From IMG/VR virus record IMGVR_UViG_3300011443_000049, positions 1-25,737 of that record: a stretch of DNA of 25,737 nt; one strand, 5' to 3'. Source of the stretch: a virus (Duplodnaviria; Caudoviricetes). Under the pieces are notes generated by a model that made no database searches, was not told the DNA's origin, and saw only the letters and a list, made by a program, of their open reading frames with translations. Shown here in pieces: positions 1-8,901 of this stretch. Position numbers and translations under genes: made by a program. Positions within the stretch are counted from its first letter, which is position 1, and every line of letters begins with the position of its first letter.

Positions 1-432
1 GTTATCGTTGGTCGAAGCCGCCTTGCCAGCGGCTTCCGGTCCAGTGGGTCCAAACTCCACCGCCTGCCCCGCGCCGATGGCTATGGCTGCGGTCATGTCC
101 ACCGTCAGGGCAGCGTTGGCCGCGACCGCCGGGGTGGTGTAGCCGCCAGCCGGGGCCACTTTGCCTTTCAGTGTGATCCCCGCTCCGAACGCGCCAGCAG
201 TGTGCGCCCACAGACCCGCGCTGATCTCGTTGTACGCCCCGCTGAAATGCCCGAAGTTCCACTTCTCGAAGCTGTTGTTGCCCCGCGTGATCGGGGAACT
301 GGAGTACGCCGTGGTCGAATCGTCGATGTTCTTCCAGTTCGTGTTTGTCACCGGATCTGTGCGCGTCGTGCCTTTCGCGGGTACGCCCGCCGCTGCACCC
401 GTGTCCTCCGCCCAACTGAATGTAGCAGCCAT
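1..432 (-). CDS. Probable virion structural protein, 3' partial (MAATFSWAEDTGAAAGVPAKGTTRTDPVTNTNWKNIDDSTTAYSSSPITRGNNSFEKW...)
   Basis: Not in the ORF track. ATG at 432 with GAGGAG RBS at 436-441; frame stays open off the left edge; G/A/T-rich composition; lies in the structural operon. Confidence 0.75.
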   Translation of the reverse strand, partial: MAATFSWAEDTGAAAGVPAKGTTRTDPVTNTNWKNIDDSTTAYSSSPITRGNNSFEKWNFGHFSGAYNEISAGLWAHTAGAFGAGITLKGKVAPAGGYTTPAVAANAALTVDMTAAIAIGAGQAVEFGPTGPEAAGKAASTNDN

Positions 433-439
433 AGGCTCC

Positions 440-1064
440 TCACTTCGTGAATTCCAAGTAGCTTCCCATAGCATCCACTTTGTGGTGGCAGTCGAACTCC
501 ATCAGCGCTCCGTCTCCGGTGAACTCGTCGGAGGATGCGGCAACACGCCCAAGACGGAACACGAGTTGGCTGGAAATGAGTTTCCCTGTTCCAACGACTG
601 CATCGAATCCGGCGATGGCGGATACCCACGCCGTACCGGAAGTCTGTACCTCAGTCGTGATCGTCGTAGGCGATCCAGCGGCAGACCCACCGACGTTCAG
701 CCAGTAGTATTCCAATTCCCACTTGAGATTACCCACATCGGCAGTGGTAGGACAGAAATGGATGTGCGGTTCGATGTCAGTTTCCTCTTTGTAGGTGTGC
801 GGAAATTGGATCGTGCCGAACACGGATTCTCCAGGAGCGAACCCATAAATCTCTATGGTTCCTGCTCCTCCAAACGTGATGCGATCTGGTGCTGCCGCTC
901 CGACGAGCAAACTCTGCATCGGCGCTCTCGCGTCATCCCACAGCGTCTGGTCCGCGCCGTAGGGAAGCGTCTTGCCGAGGTACTTTTGGGCGAAGGCTTG
1001 CCACCCCAGCCGCGAGGCCGAGCGCGATTATTTTCCAACTGCGCCGAAACGTCGGCTCCATCAT
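440..1064 (-). pseudogene. Virion-associated beta-rich protein with signal peptide, interrupted by an apparent 1-nt frameshift near 998-1020
   Basis: GGAGGGG RBS (1074-1080) precedes ATG 1064 (MMEPTFRRSWKIIALGLAAGVA), whose frame stops at 933-935. The adjacent frame reads AFAQKYLGKTLPYGADQTLWDDARAPMQSLL... into the 440..919 ORF. Could be a sequencing error rather than a true pseudogene. Confidence 0.6.
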
Positions 1065-1095
1065 CGCGATTCACCCCTCCTCAATTTACATTCCT

Positions 1096-2202
1096 TTAGT
1101 AAGCAATGCACGGGCCGTAACGCAATACGTCGTTTGCAATCGTCACGCCGACGAAGGTTGCTATTGTTGCGGTGCTGTCCGTCTGTCGGATGAGTGCTGC
1201 GGTGGTTTGGTTGGAAATCGCACACGACCATCCCGTTGTAGCTGTCACTGGAAACGTGAGCGTCACGGTACAAGTCGCGGACGGCGTTCCGGTAATCGTG
1301 CCTGCCAGCATTTTTGAGCCAGTTCCGATCACGGCTCCGGTGCAGCCACCCGCCCCGACCGTGGGAGCGGTCCCCGTTGTAATCAGTGCCTGAGATTCAG
1401 AAAAAAGCCTGTTCTCCGTGCCGCCGTTCTCCCGGATGTACCACGCACCGTCCGCCTTCGGCCCGATATTGTTGTACCCTGCCGCCGGTTCGGCAATCGA
1501 CGCGAGATCAGCCATTGTGATCGGGCCGGGGGTTCCGAACGAGGTCACAACGCCCGTGTCGGTATCGAGGCTCCAAGTTTTCACACCCCCTGAGTCGTAG
1601 GCGTCAATCGTGTGCTCGGTGGCATCCCACCGAAAACGGCATACGGTGGAGTTGATGTCGTCGATGGTAGTCCCGGCGCCGGAGTAAAACGGGAGGCATG
1701 TATCGGCACCACTGCTGACTGTGCCGGAGCCGGTAGCCGTAGCCCATTGCGGGTTGGCCCCCGCTCCAAGCGTCTGGAGGAATTTTCCGCTGTCGCCCGC
1801 CGCCAGCCTAACCCACGTTGAAGCGTTGCGGTAGATGATGTCGCCCTGCGACGGTGAGATCGCGGCAAGAGCCAGCAGGTCGGCATCATACGCCTGCACG
1901 TTGGTCCCGATCACTAGCCCAAGGTTCGACCGCGCAGTGGTTGTATTCGTCAACTCGGAGAGGTTATTCGATCCGAGCATGTCGCCACCGCCGCCCGCCC
2001 CCGTCCATGCAGCCCAGGTATTGACGGCTGAGCAGTAGTACGGCCCGATGGTGGCCGTCGTTTTGAAGAACACATCGCCCGTGCTCGGCTTGCATGTTGC
2101 GGGCATCGTCGGGCCGTACCGAAGGCGGTACGCGGTCGAGCTACTGGCCTGTCCGAACAGTGCAGCCGAGAAACAGAGCAAAAGGAAAAGCATTCGCATC
2201 AT
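1096..2202 (-). CDS. Tail-fibre/adhesin-like protein with N-terminal signal peptide (368 aa)
   Basis: ATG overlaps the upstream TGA (2199-2202). MMRMLFLLLCFSAALFGQ leader; fibre-type motifs NNLSELTNTTTARSNLGL, VQAYDADL and GDIIYRNASTWVRLAAG..GKFLQT.GAGANPQW; T/G/A-rich. Confidence 0.7.
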   Translation of the reverse strand: MMRMLFLLLCFSAALFGQASSSTAYRLRYGPTMPATCKPSTGDVFFKTTATIGPYYCSAVNTWAAWTGAGGGGDMLGSNNLSELTNTTTARSNLGLVIGTNVQAYDADLLALAAISPSQGDIIYRNASTWVRLAAGDSGKFLQTLGAGANPQWATATGSGTVSSGADTCLPFYSGAGTTIDDINSTVCRFRWDATEHTIDAYDSGGVKTWSLDTDTGVVTSFGTPGPITMADLASIAEPAAGYNNIGPKADGAWYIRENGGTENRLFSESQALITTGTAPTVGAGGCTGAVIGTGSKMLAGTITGTPSATCTVTLTFPVTATTGWSCAISNQTTAALIRQTDSTATIATFVGVTIANDVLRYGPCIAY

Positions 2203-2486
2203 CGCACCCCGTAGTTGAACTGGACGCCTTCGCCGCCGGTTTCCACATCGACCCAAATCTCGTGCAGGTCGTACATCATGATGTCGCCTACCGGAGGCAG
2301 CATGACGGAACCACCCGTGTAGATTATAATTCCAGCCGTGGCTGAGACGGTCGAACCACCCACATAGGCGTTGTTATTGTTGCTCTCAAGCGGTTGGAAG
2401 ATCACCCATGCGGCAGGAGTGCGAGCGGACGCAAGCCGCTCCCGCGTTCCGGCCACCGCTACAGTTTTTGATCCGCTGTAAACCAT
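2199..2486 (-). CDS. Small beta-rich virion-module protein (95 aa)
   Basis: AAGGAG RBS upstream; coupled to the downstream gene; beta-strand-like pattern. Confidence 0.7.
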   Translation of the reverse strand: MVYSGSKTVAVAGTRERLASARTPAAWVIFQPLESNNNNAYVGGSTVSATAGIIIYTGGSVMLPPVGDIMMYDLHEIWVDVETGGEGVQFNYGVR

Positions 2487-2498
2487 CTCAGGACTCCT

Positions 2499-3044
2499 TT
2501 AGGATGCCTTACTGATCCATGTTGGAAGAATGAATCGTCGATTCTTTTTAGCGTTGCAGGATCTGCACGCTGGTACAAGGTTCGCGGGCCAACCCGATCC
2601 ACCAAGCGATACCGGCTTTACGTGGTCAATTTCGACGGTTGATCTGTCGAGCGCCTTCGTGCAATAGGCACACAGCCAGCCGTAGAACTCGCAGCGAGCG
2701 AACCATTGCTCTGGAGTGCATCTGCCGCCGTTGGCTTGTACTGCCAGTTTCCGCTTGAGCCTCGCTGCCGCGTTGATCTCACGCATCTTTTCCGGGTTAT
2801 CTTTTTTCCACTGCTTGCGGTATTCAACCCGATGCGGAAGTTTGTCCACGGCTGCCAATGCTGCCTTGACCCGATCAGGATGTGCAGAGCGATATCTCTC
2901 CATTGCGCCCGCGTGCTTTTCGGGATTACGCTCTCTCCATTTTTTTGTCTGTTCCCACCGTCTCTGTTTGTCTCGCCGATACGTCCGGCGCATGTACTCT
3001 CTCATGTAGAGCCGACGCGCTTCTGGATCTTTCTGGGGCATCAC
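2499..3044 (-). CDS. HNH endonuclease
   Basis: C-terminal CAYC...IDHVKPVSLGG...NLVPACRSCNAKK; basic helical N-terminus with W/Y-x3-N/H-P-E/D repeats; overlaps the portal stop. Confidence 0.92.
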   Translation of the reverse strand: MMPQKDPEARRLYMREYMRRTYRRDKQRRWEQTKKWRERNPEKHAGAMERYRSAHPDRVKAALAAVDKLPHRVEYRKQWKKDNPEKMREINAAARLKRKLAVQANGGRCTPEQWFARCEFYGWLCAYCTKALDRSTVEIDHVKPVSLGGSGWPANLVPACRSCNAKKNRRFILPTWISKAS

Positions 3045-4951
3045 CCACTCTCCGAAATCTTGATCCGTGGCAACTCCTGACCGGAAGATTTACGCCCAGC
3101 AGCACTCGCAGTTCCGCCAAGTCCCAATTGCTGCTCAGCGACGAGCCTCTCGGTTATTGTATTTGCACCGTCAGGAGGGTTACCGACGTTCGGCACGTTC
3201 CATTGCTCAAGGAGACTCCATCTATCTATCAATCCTGCTCGATAGAATTGCAGATACATCAACTTCTTCTCGATCTCCGAAGCACTCAGCATGGAACCGG
3301 GCATAACGTAAAAGTTGAACTGCCGCAGGAACTCTCGTGCCCGCTCGTAGCGCGGCAGCGGACCACGGGCGAAGGCTTCCGGCGTGATGACGCCCCGATG
3401 ATCGAAGTCTGCGTCGTGGACGTAGTCGGGGATCAGCGTGCCTGGATCGTAGTCGAAGTCCTCCGGCGTGATGCCATCGGCTCCCAGAATTCTCATCCGC
3501 ATCGGCAAGGTGTAGAATTGCGCGAAGTTATAGGCGAGCTTCGTGGCGAATTCCCGCATGAATGCCTCAAACATCCGGGAGCGCAGCCGCACCAGCGGCG
3601 TCATCGCCTCCATCATGCGGTCGATGGTGTCCGACGACGGAATCTGGTTGAGCTTCATGAGTTGGCTCATGTCGCGGGTGCCGGAGAGCTTTTCCATCTG
3701 GTCGATGAGAAACTCAATCTGCTTGAATACTTCGGGGGGCAAAGGATTCGGGTAGACCAGTTGGATACCCTTGCCCATCAATGGGTTCTGGCTGAGCTTC
3801 AACCCGGCCTTGCGGGTGTCGATGCGTTCGAGCGAAGCCTTCGAGATCGAGTTTTTGTCAGCGATCAGGTCCGGGCGGGCCACCTTCTCCATGTGGTCAT
3901 CGACGATGCGGAGCATCCGGTCGAGGGACTTCTGGAGGGGCAGCAGATCGTGGATCGGAGCCTTGCCGAGCCAGGACCACGGCCACGGGTCGAGCGTGTA
4001 CTTGGTCAGCGGGAACTTGCCGTGCCAGTAGATCGAAGGACCGTCGTACAGTACGGCCGTGTTGGTGAACACGATGCAGCGCTTGCGCGGGTACAGCAGA
4101 TCGCCCGGCTCAACCCAATAGCTCCAGTTGTTGAGCGGCTTTCCTTCGGCGTCGAACTCTCCGACCGGATGCCGCTCCGACTTTTCGTTACGCCGGTCAT
4201 CCGCGACGTAGAGGGTGTAGCAGTCCGCTGTCGGGATACGCGGTGTCCGGCGGGCGATTCCGACCCGCGCCATGTAGGCGGCGAAGGGCGATGCCAGAGA
4301 CTCCATCAGTTTTCCAACTCTGGTTTGCGCGAAGCCGGCGGACGCGGACGATCCGTCGCGGTCGGCTTCAATCAGGTGCGCTTTAGAGGGGTAGCGGCTC
4401 CGCAGGTAGTTGACTGTGCGTTCGCGGCGGAGGATCACGCCCAATGAGCCTTCAAGCGTTAGGTAGGACGCTGGCCGCACTGGCAGCACGTCGCGCGGGT
4501 CCTCCGCCGACATATCGAGGTCCTCGATTTCGCTGTCGTAGTACTGATTCGCGTACCCGGTGCCCGATACTTCCCAGTACTTCACGACTTCGGTGAACCG
4601 CACGTCGATCTGGCGTTGCAGGAACCAGTGGATCGAGAGCTTTCCGAAGTCGATGGCCTGCTTCTCGTAGCGGTTGTTCTGGGTGCGGAACTCCCAGAAC
4701 GGCTTGATGTCGGTCATCAGGGCCGCGAGGTCGCCCGCGATTTTTGCAACCTGGTTGGCGCGCGTTCCACTGAGCCACGATGCCCGGAAATCCTCGTCCT
4801 TCGACATGATGGCGTTGATGGACGGCTCGATCTTCGAATAGCCTTCCTGCGCCTTCAGAAAGGCATCGCCTTCTTCAATCGCTTCCTTGCCCCACCCAAT
4901 GACGTATTTTTCGTAGCCGTCTTGGGGAGTGGAAGGGATGGGAGGCGTCAC
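3041..4951 (-). CDS. Portal protein (636 aa; large podovirus/P22-like size class)
   Basis: Size and position just downstream of TerL; motifs GTGY..YYD, DPRDVLP, PWSWLGKAPIHDLLPLQKSLDR, EKLSG. Confidence 0.82.
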   Translation of the reverse strand: MTPPIPSTPQDGYEKYVIGWGKEAIEEGDAFLKAQEGYSKIEPSINAIMSKDEDFRASWLSGTRANQVAKIAGDLAALMTDIKPFWEFRTQNNRYEKQAIDFGKLSIHWFLQRQIDVRFTEVVKYWEVSGTGYANQYYDSEIEDLDMSAEDPRDVLPVRPASYLTLEGSLGVILRRERTVNYLRSRYPSKAHLIEADRDGSSASAGFAQTRVGKLMESLASPFAAYMARVGIARRTPRIPTADCYTLYVADDRRNEKSERHPVGEFDAEGKPLNNWSYWVEPGDLLYPRKRCIVFTNTAVLYDGPSIYWHGKFPLTKYTLDPWPWSWLGKAPIHDLLPLQKSLDRMLRIVDDHMEKVARPDLIADKNSISKASLERIDTRKAGLKLSQNPLMGKGIQLVYPNPLPPEVFKQIEFLIDQMEKLSGTRDMSQLMKLNQIPSSDTIDRMMEAMTPLVRLRSRMFEAFMREFATKLAYNFAQFYTLPMRMRILGADGITPEDFDYDPGTLIPDYVHDADFDHRGVITPEAFARGPLPRYERAREFLRQFNFYVMPGSMLSASEIEKKLMYLQFYRAGLIDRWSLLEQWNVPNVGNPPDGANTITERLVAEQQLGLGGTASAAGRKSSGQELPRIKISESG

Positions 4952-5259
4952 TCGCAGATTCCTCTACCGGAGCCACGGTCCCAGTGGGCCGCTTCGTTCA
5001 CGACGCCGCGTTCGTTCTCGAAACGCCGTAAAGAGGAGAGCGTAGGCATCTCGCGGCGCTCGAAGCCTTGGCGGGCGTATCGCTCGGGAATCGGGACATC
5101 GTTGCGCCCCGGATACCGCACTTCGCCGGTGTGCGGATTCTCCCACACGACGCACCGCTCGGCGGCATCGACGGCGGCGGCACGCCCGTGGGTTGAACCA
5201 TGCGGGCAGAACGGCCAATCCCCGACGGCGAGCGGGAGACGGCACGTTTGGCAGATCAT
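4948..5259 (-). CDS. Small protein with N-terminal CxxC...CPH zinc ribbon (103 aa)
   Basis: ATG 5259 overlaps the upstream TGA; MICQTCRLPLAVGDWPFCPHG; stop overlaps the portal start. Confidence 0.75.
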   Translation of the reverse strand: MICQTCRLPLAVGDWPFCPHGSTHGRAAAVDAAERCVVWENPHTGEVRYPGRNDVPIPERYARQGFERREMPTLSSLRRFENERGVVNEAAHWDRGSGRGICE

Positions 5260-5657
5260 CGCAGCCCCACGTACTGTTCCAGACCCTCGCGGACCTGCTG
5301 CCCTAGCCACGCATCGAACGGGAGGTCGGAGAAATGGCGTGAGCGCAGTCGGTCCAAAATCTTCGGATCGAGGTGAACCTTGGCGTTTTCGACCTTCAGT
5401 AGAGAGAGCCGCTCGACGGCAATGACGAGATCGCCGGCCCGGTAGATGTTGCGCCCAAGGACGTGCTCCAACTTCTGACGGGTGTCGTCGTCGATGTAGA
5501 TTGGCTTGACGCTGGTTTGCCCGACGGTGGCGGTCAGGCGCTCTTTGAACAGCATGTCGAGATCGACGCCGCGTTGTTCGGCTTGCTTCTCGTAGGCTTC
5601 CAGAACATCATCGTCCAGATCGAACTTCGCCCGGAGGATGGTTGATGTGTTGCTCAT
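5256..5657 (-). CDS. Hypothetical protein, possible tandem ribbon-helix-helix-like DNA-binding protein
   Basis: Clean ORF with repeated strand-helix patterns (FDLDDDVLEAY, IYIDDDTRQKL, VHLDPKILDRL). Confidence 0.65.
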   Translation of the reverse strand: MSNTSTILRAKFDLDDDVLEAYEKQAEQRGVDLDMLFKERLTATVGQTSVKPIYIDDDTRQKLEHVLGRNIYRAGDLVIAVERLSLLKVENAKVHLDPKILDRLRSRHFSDLPFDAWLGQQVREGLEQYVGLR

Positions 5658-5695
5658 CAACCGTGATTATGAATCAGAAGCCTTTTGTTTGCAAA

Positions 5696-6526
5696 CTATT
5701 CGGAAAGTTCAGCCCATCGTTCTTCCCACGCCTCGATCATTTTCTCGGCTGAAATGTCACTTGCCTGCCACTCCGGGGCGCTTGCATTGGCGTGTACTTC
5801 GGACTTTTCGCTCTCGATGTCGAGGGACCATTCGTGTGCCGCCCAGACCGCCAGCATCATGGCGCGAAGCCGGTCGTCGTGCCGGCCACGAATCGCTTTG
5901 GCCCACATCTTCTGCGGGTCGATTTCGGCGTCGGCCATCTCCTCGACCAGCCACGGGGAGCGGATTCGCAGACCGCCTTTGAGGATGTGGCGGGCGGTCC
6001 TGGCCCAGAGTAACGGCACACTCTTGGAGGACGCCACCCAGCCGTAGGAGCCGGTGGGGCGGGGTACGGCGGCGTCAATGTACTTCCAGACGAACTGGTT
6101 CAAATACCCGAACTGGTTCATCAGGCGGCGCTGCGTCAGCAGGCCGGGGCCGGGATACACCTCGATGATGCAGAGCGCCTGCCCTTCTTCGTCGGTGCCG
6201 CCGTAGAGCCGCCCTAGCGCGTTGGCGACGTCCGCGAGATCCTCCGGGTCAATCGGGGCGGCGTATTCGGCCACCTGATAGTCGCGGTCGCGCCCGACGC
6301 GGATCACTTCGATGGCCCCGTTGTCTGTCTTGCTGTCGTCCTGGGTGCGAAGCGTGCGGTCCCAGCTCGTGATGCCGACGGATGGGTCCACTCCAACACA
6401 GTAGACCGAACCGGGGTGGGGTTCCTCCCATAGCCACACGATGCCGCGCGGGTCGCGGTCCAGATCGCGGGCTTCGAGCGGTTGCAGCAGGCCGGAATTG
6501 GCGATCCGGTACGGGAGTCCGGTCAT
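5696..6526 (-). CDS. terL: Terminase large subunit, C-terminal RNase H-like nuclease domain, encoded as a separate ORF
   Basis: WLWEEPHPGSVYCVGVDPSVG (first catalytic Asp), QVAEY, IIEV, HDDRLRAMMLA (terminal acidic motif). Confidence 0.9.
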   Translation of the reverse strand: MTGLPYRIANSGLLQPLEARDLDRDPRGIVWLWEEPHPGSVYCVGVDPSVGITSWDRTLRTQDDSKTDNGAIEVIRVGRDRDYQVAEYAAPIDPEDLADVANALGRLYGGTDEEGQALCIIEVYPGPGLLTQRRLMNQFGYLNQFVWKYIDAAVPRPTGSYGWVASSKSVPLLWARTARHILKGGLRIRSPWLVEEMADAEIDPQKMWAKAIRGRHDDRLRAMMLAVWAAHEWSLDIESEKSEVHANASAPEWQASDISAEKMIEAWEERWAELSE

Positions 6527-7215
6527 AGCATGGTCAACTGTTCCGGCTGCACTTCCGGCGTTCCGAAGTCAAACACGGATTGGCGCAATCTGTCGGCGGC
6601 GATCTCGCAGTAACGTTCCTCAGTATCGACGCCGATGGCGCGACGGCCCAATTGCTTTGCGGCAACTAGCGTTGTGCCGGAACCCATGAACGGGTCGAGG
6701 ATCAACGTACCGGGATGTTTCGTCAGTAGGTAGCGGAACAGCGACACTGGTTTTTCGTTTGGATGCACGCGTCCCATTGAAGCGCGCGTAACAATCCAGT
6801 GATTCTTCACAACTCCCTCGTCGCGGCTGCCACTCCAAAGCCGTCCACCGATGTAAATGAATTCAAACGATGGCTTGAACGGGATTGTCAGATCGCCCAT
6901 GCCAGAGGCGGGGCCTTTATCCCAAACAAGTAATTCTACGAATCTGACGGGATGCGATGTCTTCTTGGAGCCGAAGATAGCATAATCGCCGGGATGCCAT
7001 TCGAGCACAAAGTCTCGTAGTGATTCATCCGAGTCGCCGTCGATTTCCGATTTAACCCAATGAGCCGTGGTCGTTTCACACACATGTGACGATTTGTGGC
7101 GTATCCCATACGGAGGATCTGTGAGGATCAGATCAACAGCGCCAAGTGTCGGGAGCACCTCGCGGCAATCCGCACAGTACACGGTAATGCCCGCTTCTTC
7201 GTAGTACGGCTTCAT
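6523..7215 (-). CDS. N4-cytosine/N6-adenine DNA methyltransferase (beta class, 230 aa), between the two TerL halves
   Basis: LILTDPPYG (motif IV), HPNEKP, ILDPFMGSGTT (motif I); ATGA overlaps at both ends (7212-7215 and 6523-6526). Confidence 0.95.
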   Translation of the reverse strand: MKPYYEEAGITVYCADCREVLPTLGAVDLILTDPPYGIRHKSSHVCETTTAHWVKSEIDGDSDESLRDFVLEWHPGDYAIFGSKKTSHPVRFVELLVWDKGPASGMGDLTIPFKPSFEFIYIGGRLWSGSRDEGVVKNHWIVTRASMGRVHPNEKPVSLFRYLLTKHPGTLILDPFMGSGTTLVAAKQLGRRAIGVDTEERYCEIAADRLRQSVFDFGTPEVQPEQLTML

Positions 7216-8438
7216 CCGAGCGGAGACCTCGCGGTCTGGAATTCGTAGGCTAACCCATTCGACGCGCCCAGCCGAGCCTGCTCCAGGAACTCCGTCGGAA
7301 ACGCGCTCACATTTGAGTGCTGGAACGACTCTTCCGGCGTCGCACACCAGTTCGACAGGAAAAAGTTCAACGTGCCCGCCTTCTGGAACGCCGCGCGCTC
7401 GGTCTGGTACCAGTAGAGTTGCTCACGCGGGAGCACCACGGGATACCCGACGAACTCGAAGCTCGTCTCATGCACCAACTTTGCGTGTTCAAGCGTCAAG
7501 TTGTCCGGCTGCCAAGTGTCCGGCGGAGTACGCCGATACTTCCCCGGTTCGGCGTACCAGGGGGTGAAATTGTAGATCCAGTCCACGCGCCAGCCGCGCC
7601 GGACCCCTTCGGTGAACTCATGCCACCAGTCGCCGCGCCCCTGGGCCGTGGATTCGAGGATACAGACCGTGGGGGCCGCGCGGGGCAGCGTCGGGAAGAA
7701 GTGCATCTCGATCATGGCTTCCGGGTAGGGCCAGGAGGCGCACTCGGTCAAATGGCTCACCCCGTTGAACTGGCGTCCTTGTCCGAGTCCGCCTTCCTGA
7801 TTCGATTGCTGGTACAGGATGTTCGAGTTCAGGGCCGGGAACGAAAGGTGCTGCGCCTTCACGTCAAATCCGAGATCCGGCTTGAGGAACCAGGGCAGGT
7901 TGTCGTAGATGAGCTTGTCGCGGGTGTAAAGTTCGAGCTTTTTGTCATCATCCACGCTGGCGGACATGGAACGGCAGTTCGGGTGCAGCGTGTGGCGGTG
8001 CATACAGATCATGCGGGAGACGCCGGTGTGGCCCAACTGGCGGGCCTTGTGGTCAGCCACCCGGATGCCGTCGGCGGTCTGGCCGCGCGCCACGGCGTCG
8101 GCCTGCTTCTCTTCGACGGTCCCCATGCGTTCCAGCAGGATTTCCTGCGAGTGCCAGAGTTTCGCGGGGCCGGTGCCGCCTCCGGTTTCGGGGTCACGGT
8201 CGATGTAGGCGTACCGTGCCTGCCAGTACCTGAAGTCCAGGTGGCAGAGTACCTGCTCGTTCCGCACGAAGGCGAGTTCATCTCGTTTGAGTTGCCGGAG
8301 AAACTTCGAGCCTTCCTTGAGCGCCTGGATCTCGGCGGAGCGTCCGATAGATTCCTCGGCGCCGTAGCGGGTGAGCGTCAGGCTCGTCGCCTTCTCAAAG
8401 CGTTCTACGTTTCGCTGGACGATGCGGGGGGAGTACAC
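7212..8438 (-). CDS. terL: Terminase large subunit, N-terminal ATPase domain, encoded as a separate ORF
   Basis: LWHSQE adenine-binding motif, KARQLGHT Walker A, HLTECASW Walker B, ILESTAQG coupling motif, FTPWY, ATPEESF at the domain end. Confidence 0.9.
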   Translation of the reverse strand: MYSPRIVQRNVERFEKATSLTLTRYGAEESIGRSAEIQALKEGSKFLRQLKRDELAFVRNEQVLCHLDFRYWQARYAYIDRDPETGGGTGPAKLWHSQEILLERMGTVEEKQADAVARGQTADGIRVADHKARQLGHTGVSRMICMHRHTLHPNCRSMSASVDDDKKLELYTRDKLIYDNLPWFLKPDLGFDVKAQHLSFPALNSNILYQQSNQEGGLGQGRQFNGVSHLTECASWPYPEAMIEMHFFPTLPRAAPTVCILESTAQGRGDWWHEFTEGVRRGWRVDWIYNFTPWYAEPGKYRRTPPDTWQPDNLTLEHAKLVHETSFEFVGYPVVLPREQLYWYQTERAAFQKAGTLNFFLSNWCATPEESFQHSNVSAFPTEFLEQARLGASNGLAYEFQTARSPLG

Positions 8439-8654
8439 CTACTTCAACCGTTCCTTGATCTCAGCAATCGCGTCCGCTTCCTCATCGGTGTAGAGCGCCA
8501 TGTTTTCGGCGGGCGGCTCCGGCTGTTCCCGCAGAAAGACGCCGCGCGTCGCCAGATCGGCTTCGTAGGCGTCGGCTAGGCGCTGCAACTGGCGTTCGAT
8601 GCCCACCAGCGTCGCGGCGGCGGGGCGGAGGCGCAGTAAGTCACGCAGGCTCAT
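8439..8654 (-). CDS. Hypothetical protein (71 aa)
   Basis: MSLRDLLRLRP...; overlaps the upstream gene end; TAG directly abuts the TerL GTG. Confidence 0.65.
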   Translation of the reverse strand: MSLRDLLRLRPAAATLVGIERQLQRLADAYEADLATRGVFLREQPEPPAENMALYTDEEADAIAEIKERLK

Positions 8655-8901
8655 AAGTCGCCTCAAAGATTTCCGGTTTGCAGGGGTAGACTTCACCACC
8701 CACACCCTTTATGATCCATTCTCCCTTGTTGGCGCGCATCACCCCTTCAAGCGTGTGAATATCGGCCTCTCGCAGATCATTGCGCTCTCCACGTAGGATA
8801 ATCTCGTTCGTGGACACGCGATCCATGAACCAATCAGGGATGTTGTCGATACCCAACCGAAATGCTTGGATGACGATGGGCTTCTTTCGGAAACTGCTCA
8901 T
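8641..8901 (-). CDS. Conserved phage protein of the RKKP.VI.A...TLEG.M.A..G.WIIKGV.GE.YPCKP.IF type (86 aa)
   Basis: Recognisable widespread phage motif; ATG 8901 overlaps the upstream TGA. Confidence 0.85.
   Translation of the reverse strand: MSSFRKKPIVIQAFRLGIDNIPDWFMDRVSTNEIILRGERNDLREADIHTLEGVMRANKGEWIIKGVGGEVYPCKPEIFEATYEPA

Noticed and set aside
6523-7215. Group I/II intron or split intein rejoining TerL
   Set aside because: The insert consists entirely of the MTase ORF with 4-nt overlaps; there is no room for a ribozyme core and no Cys/His-Asn intein termini.
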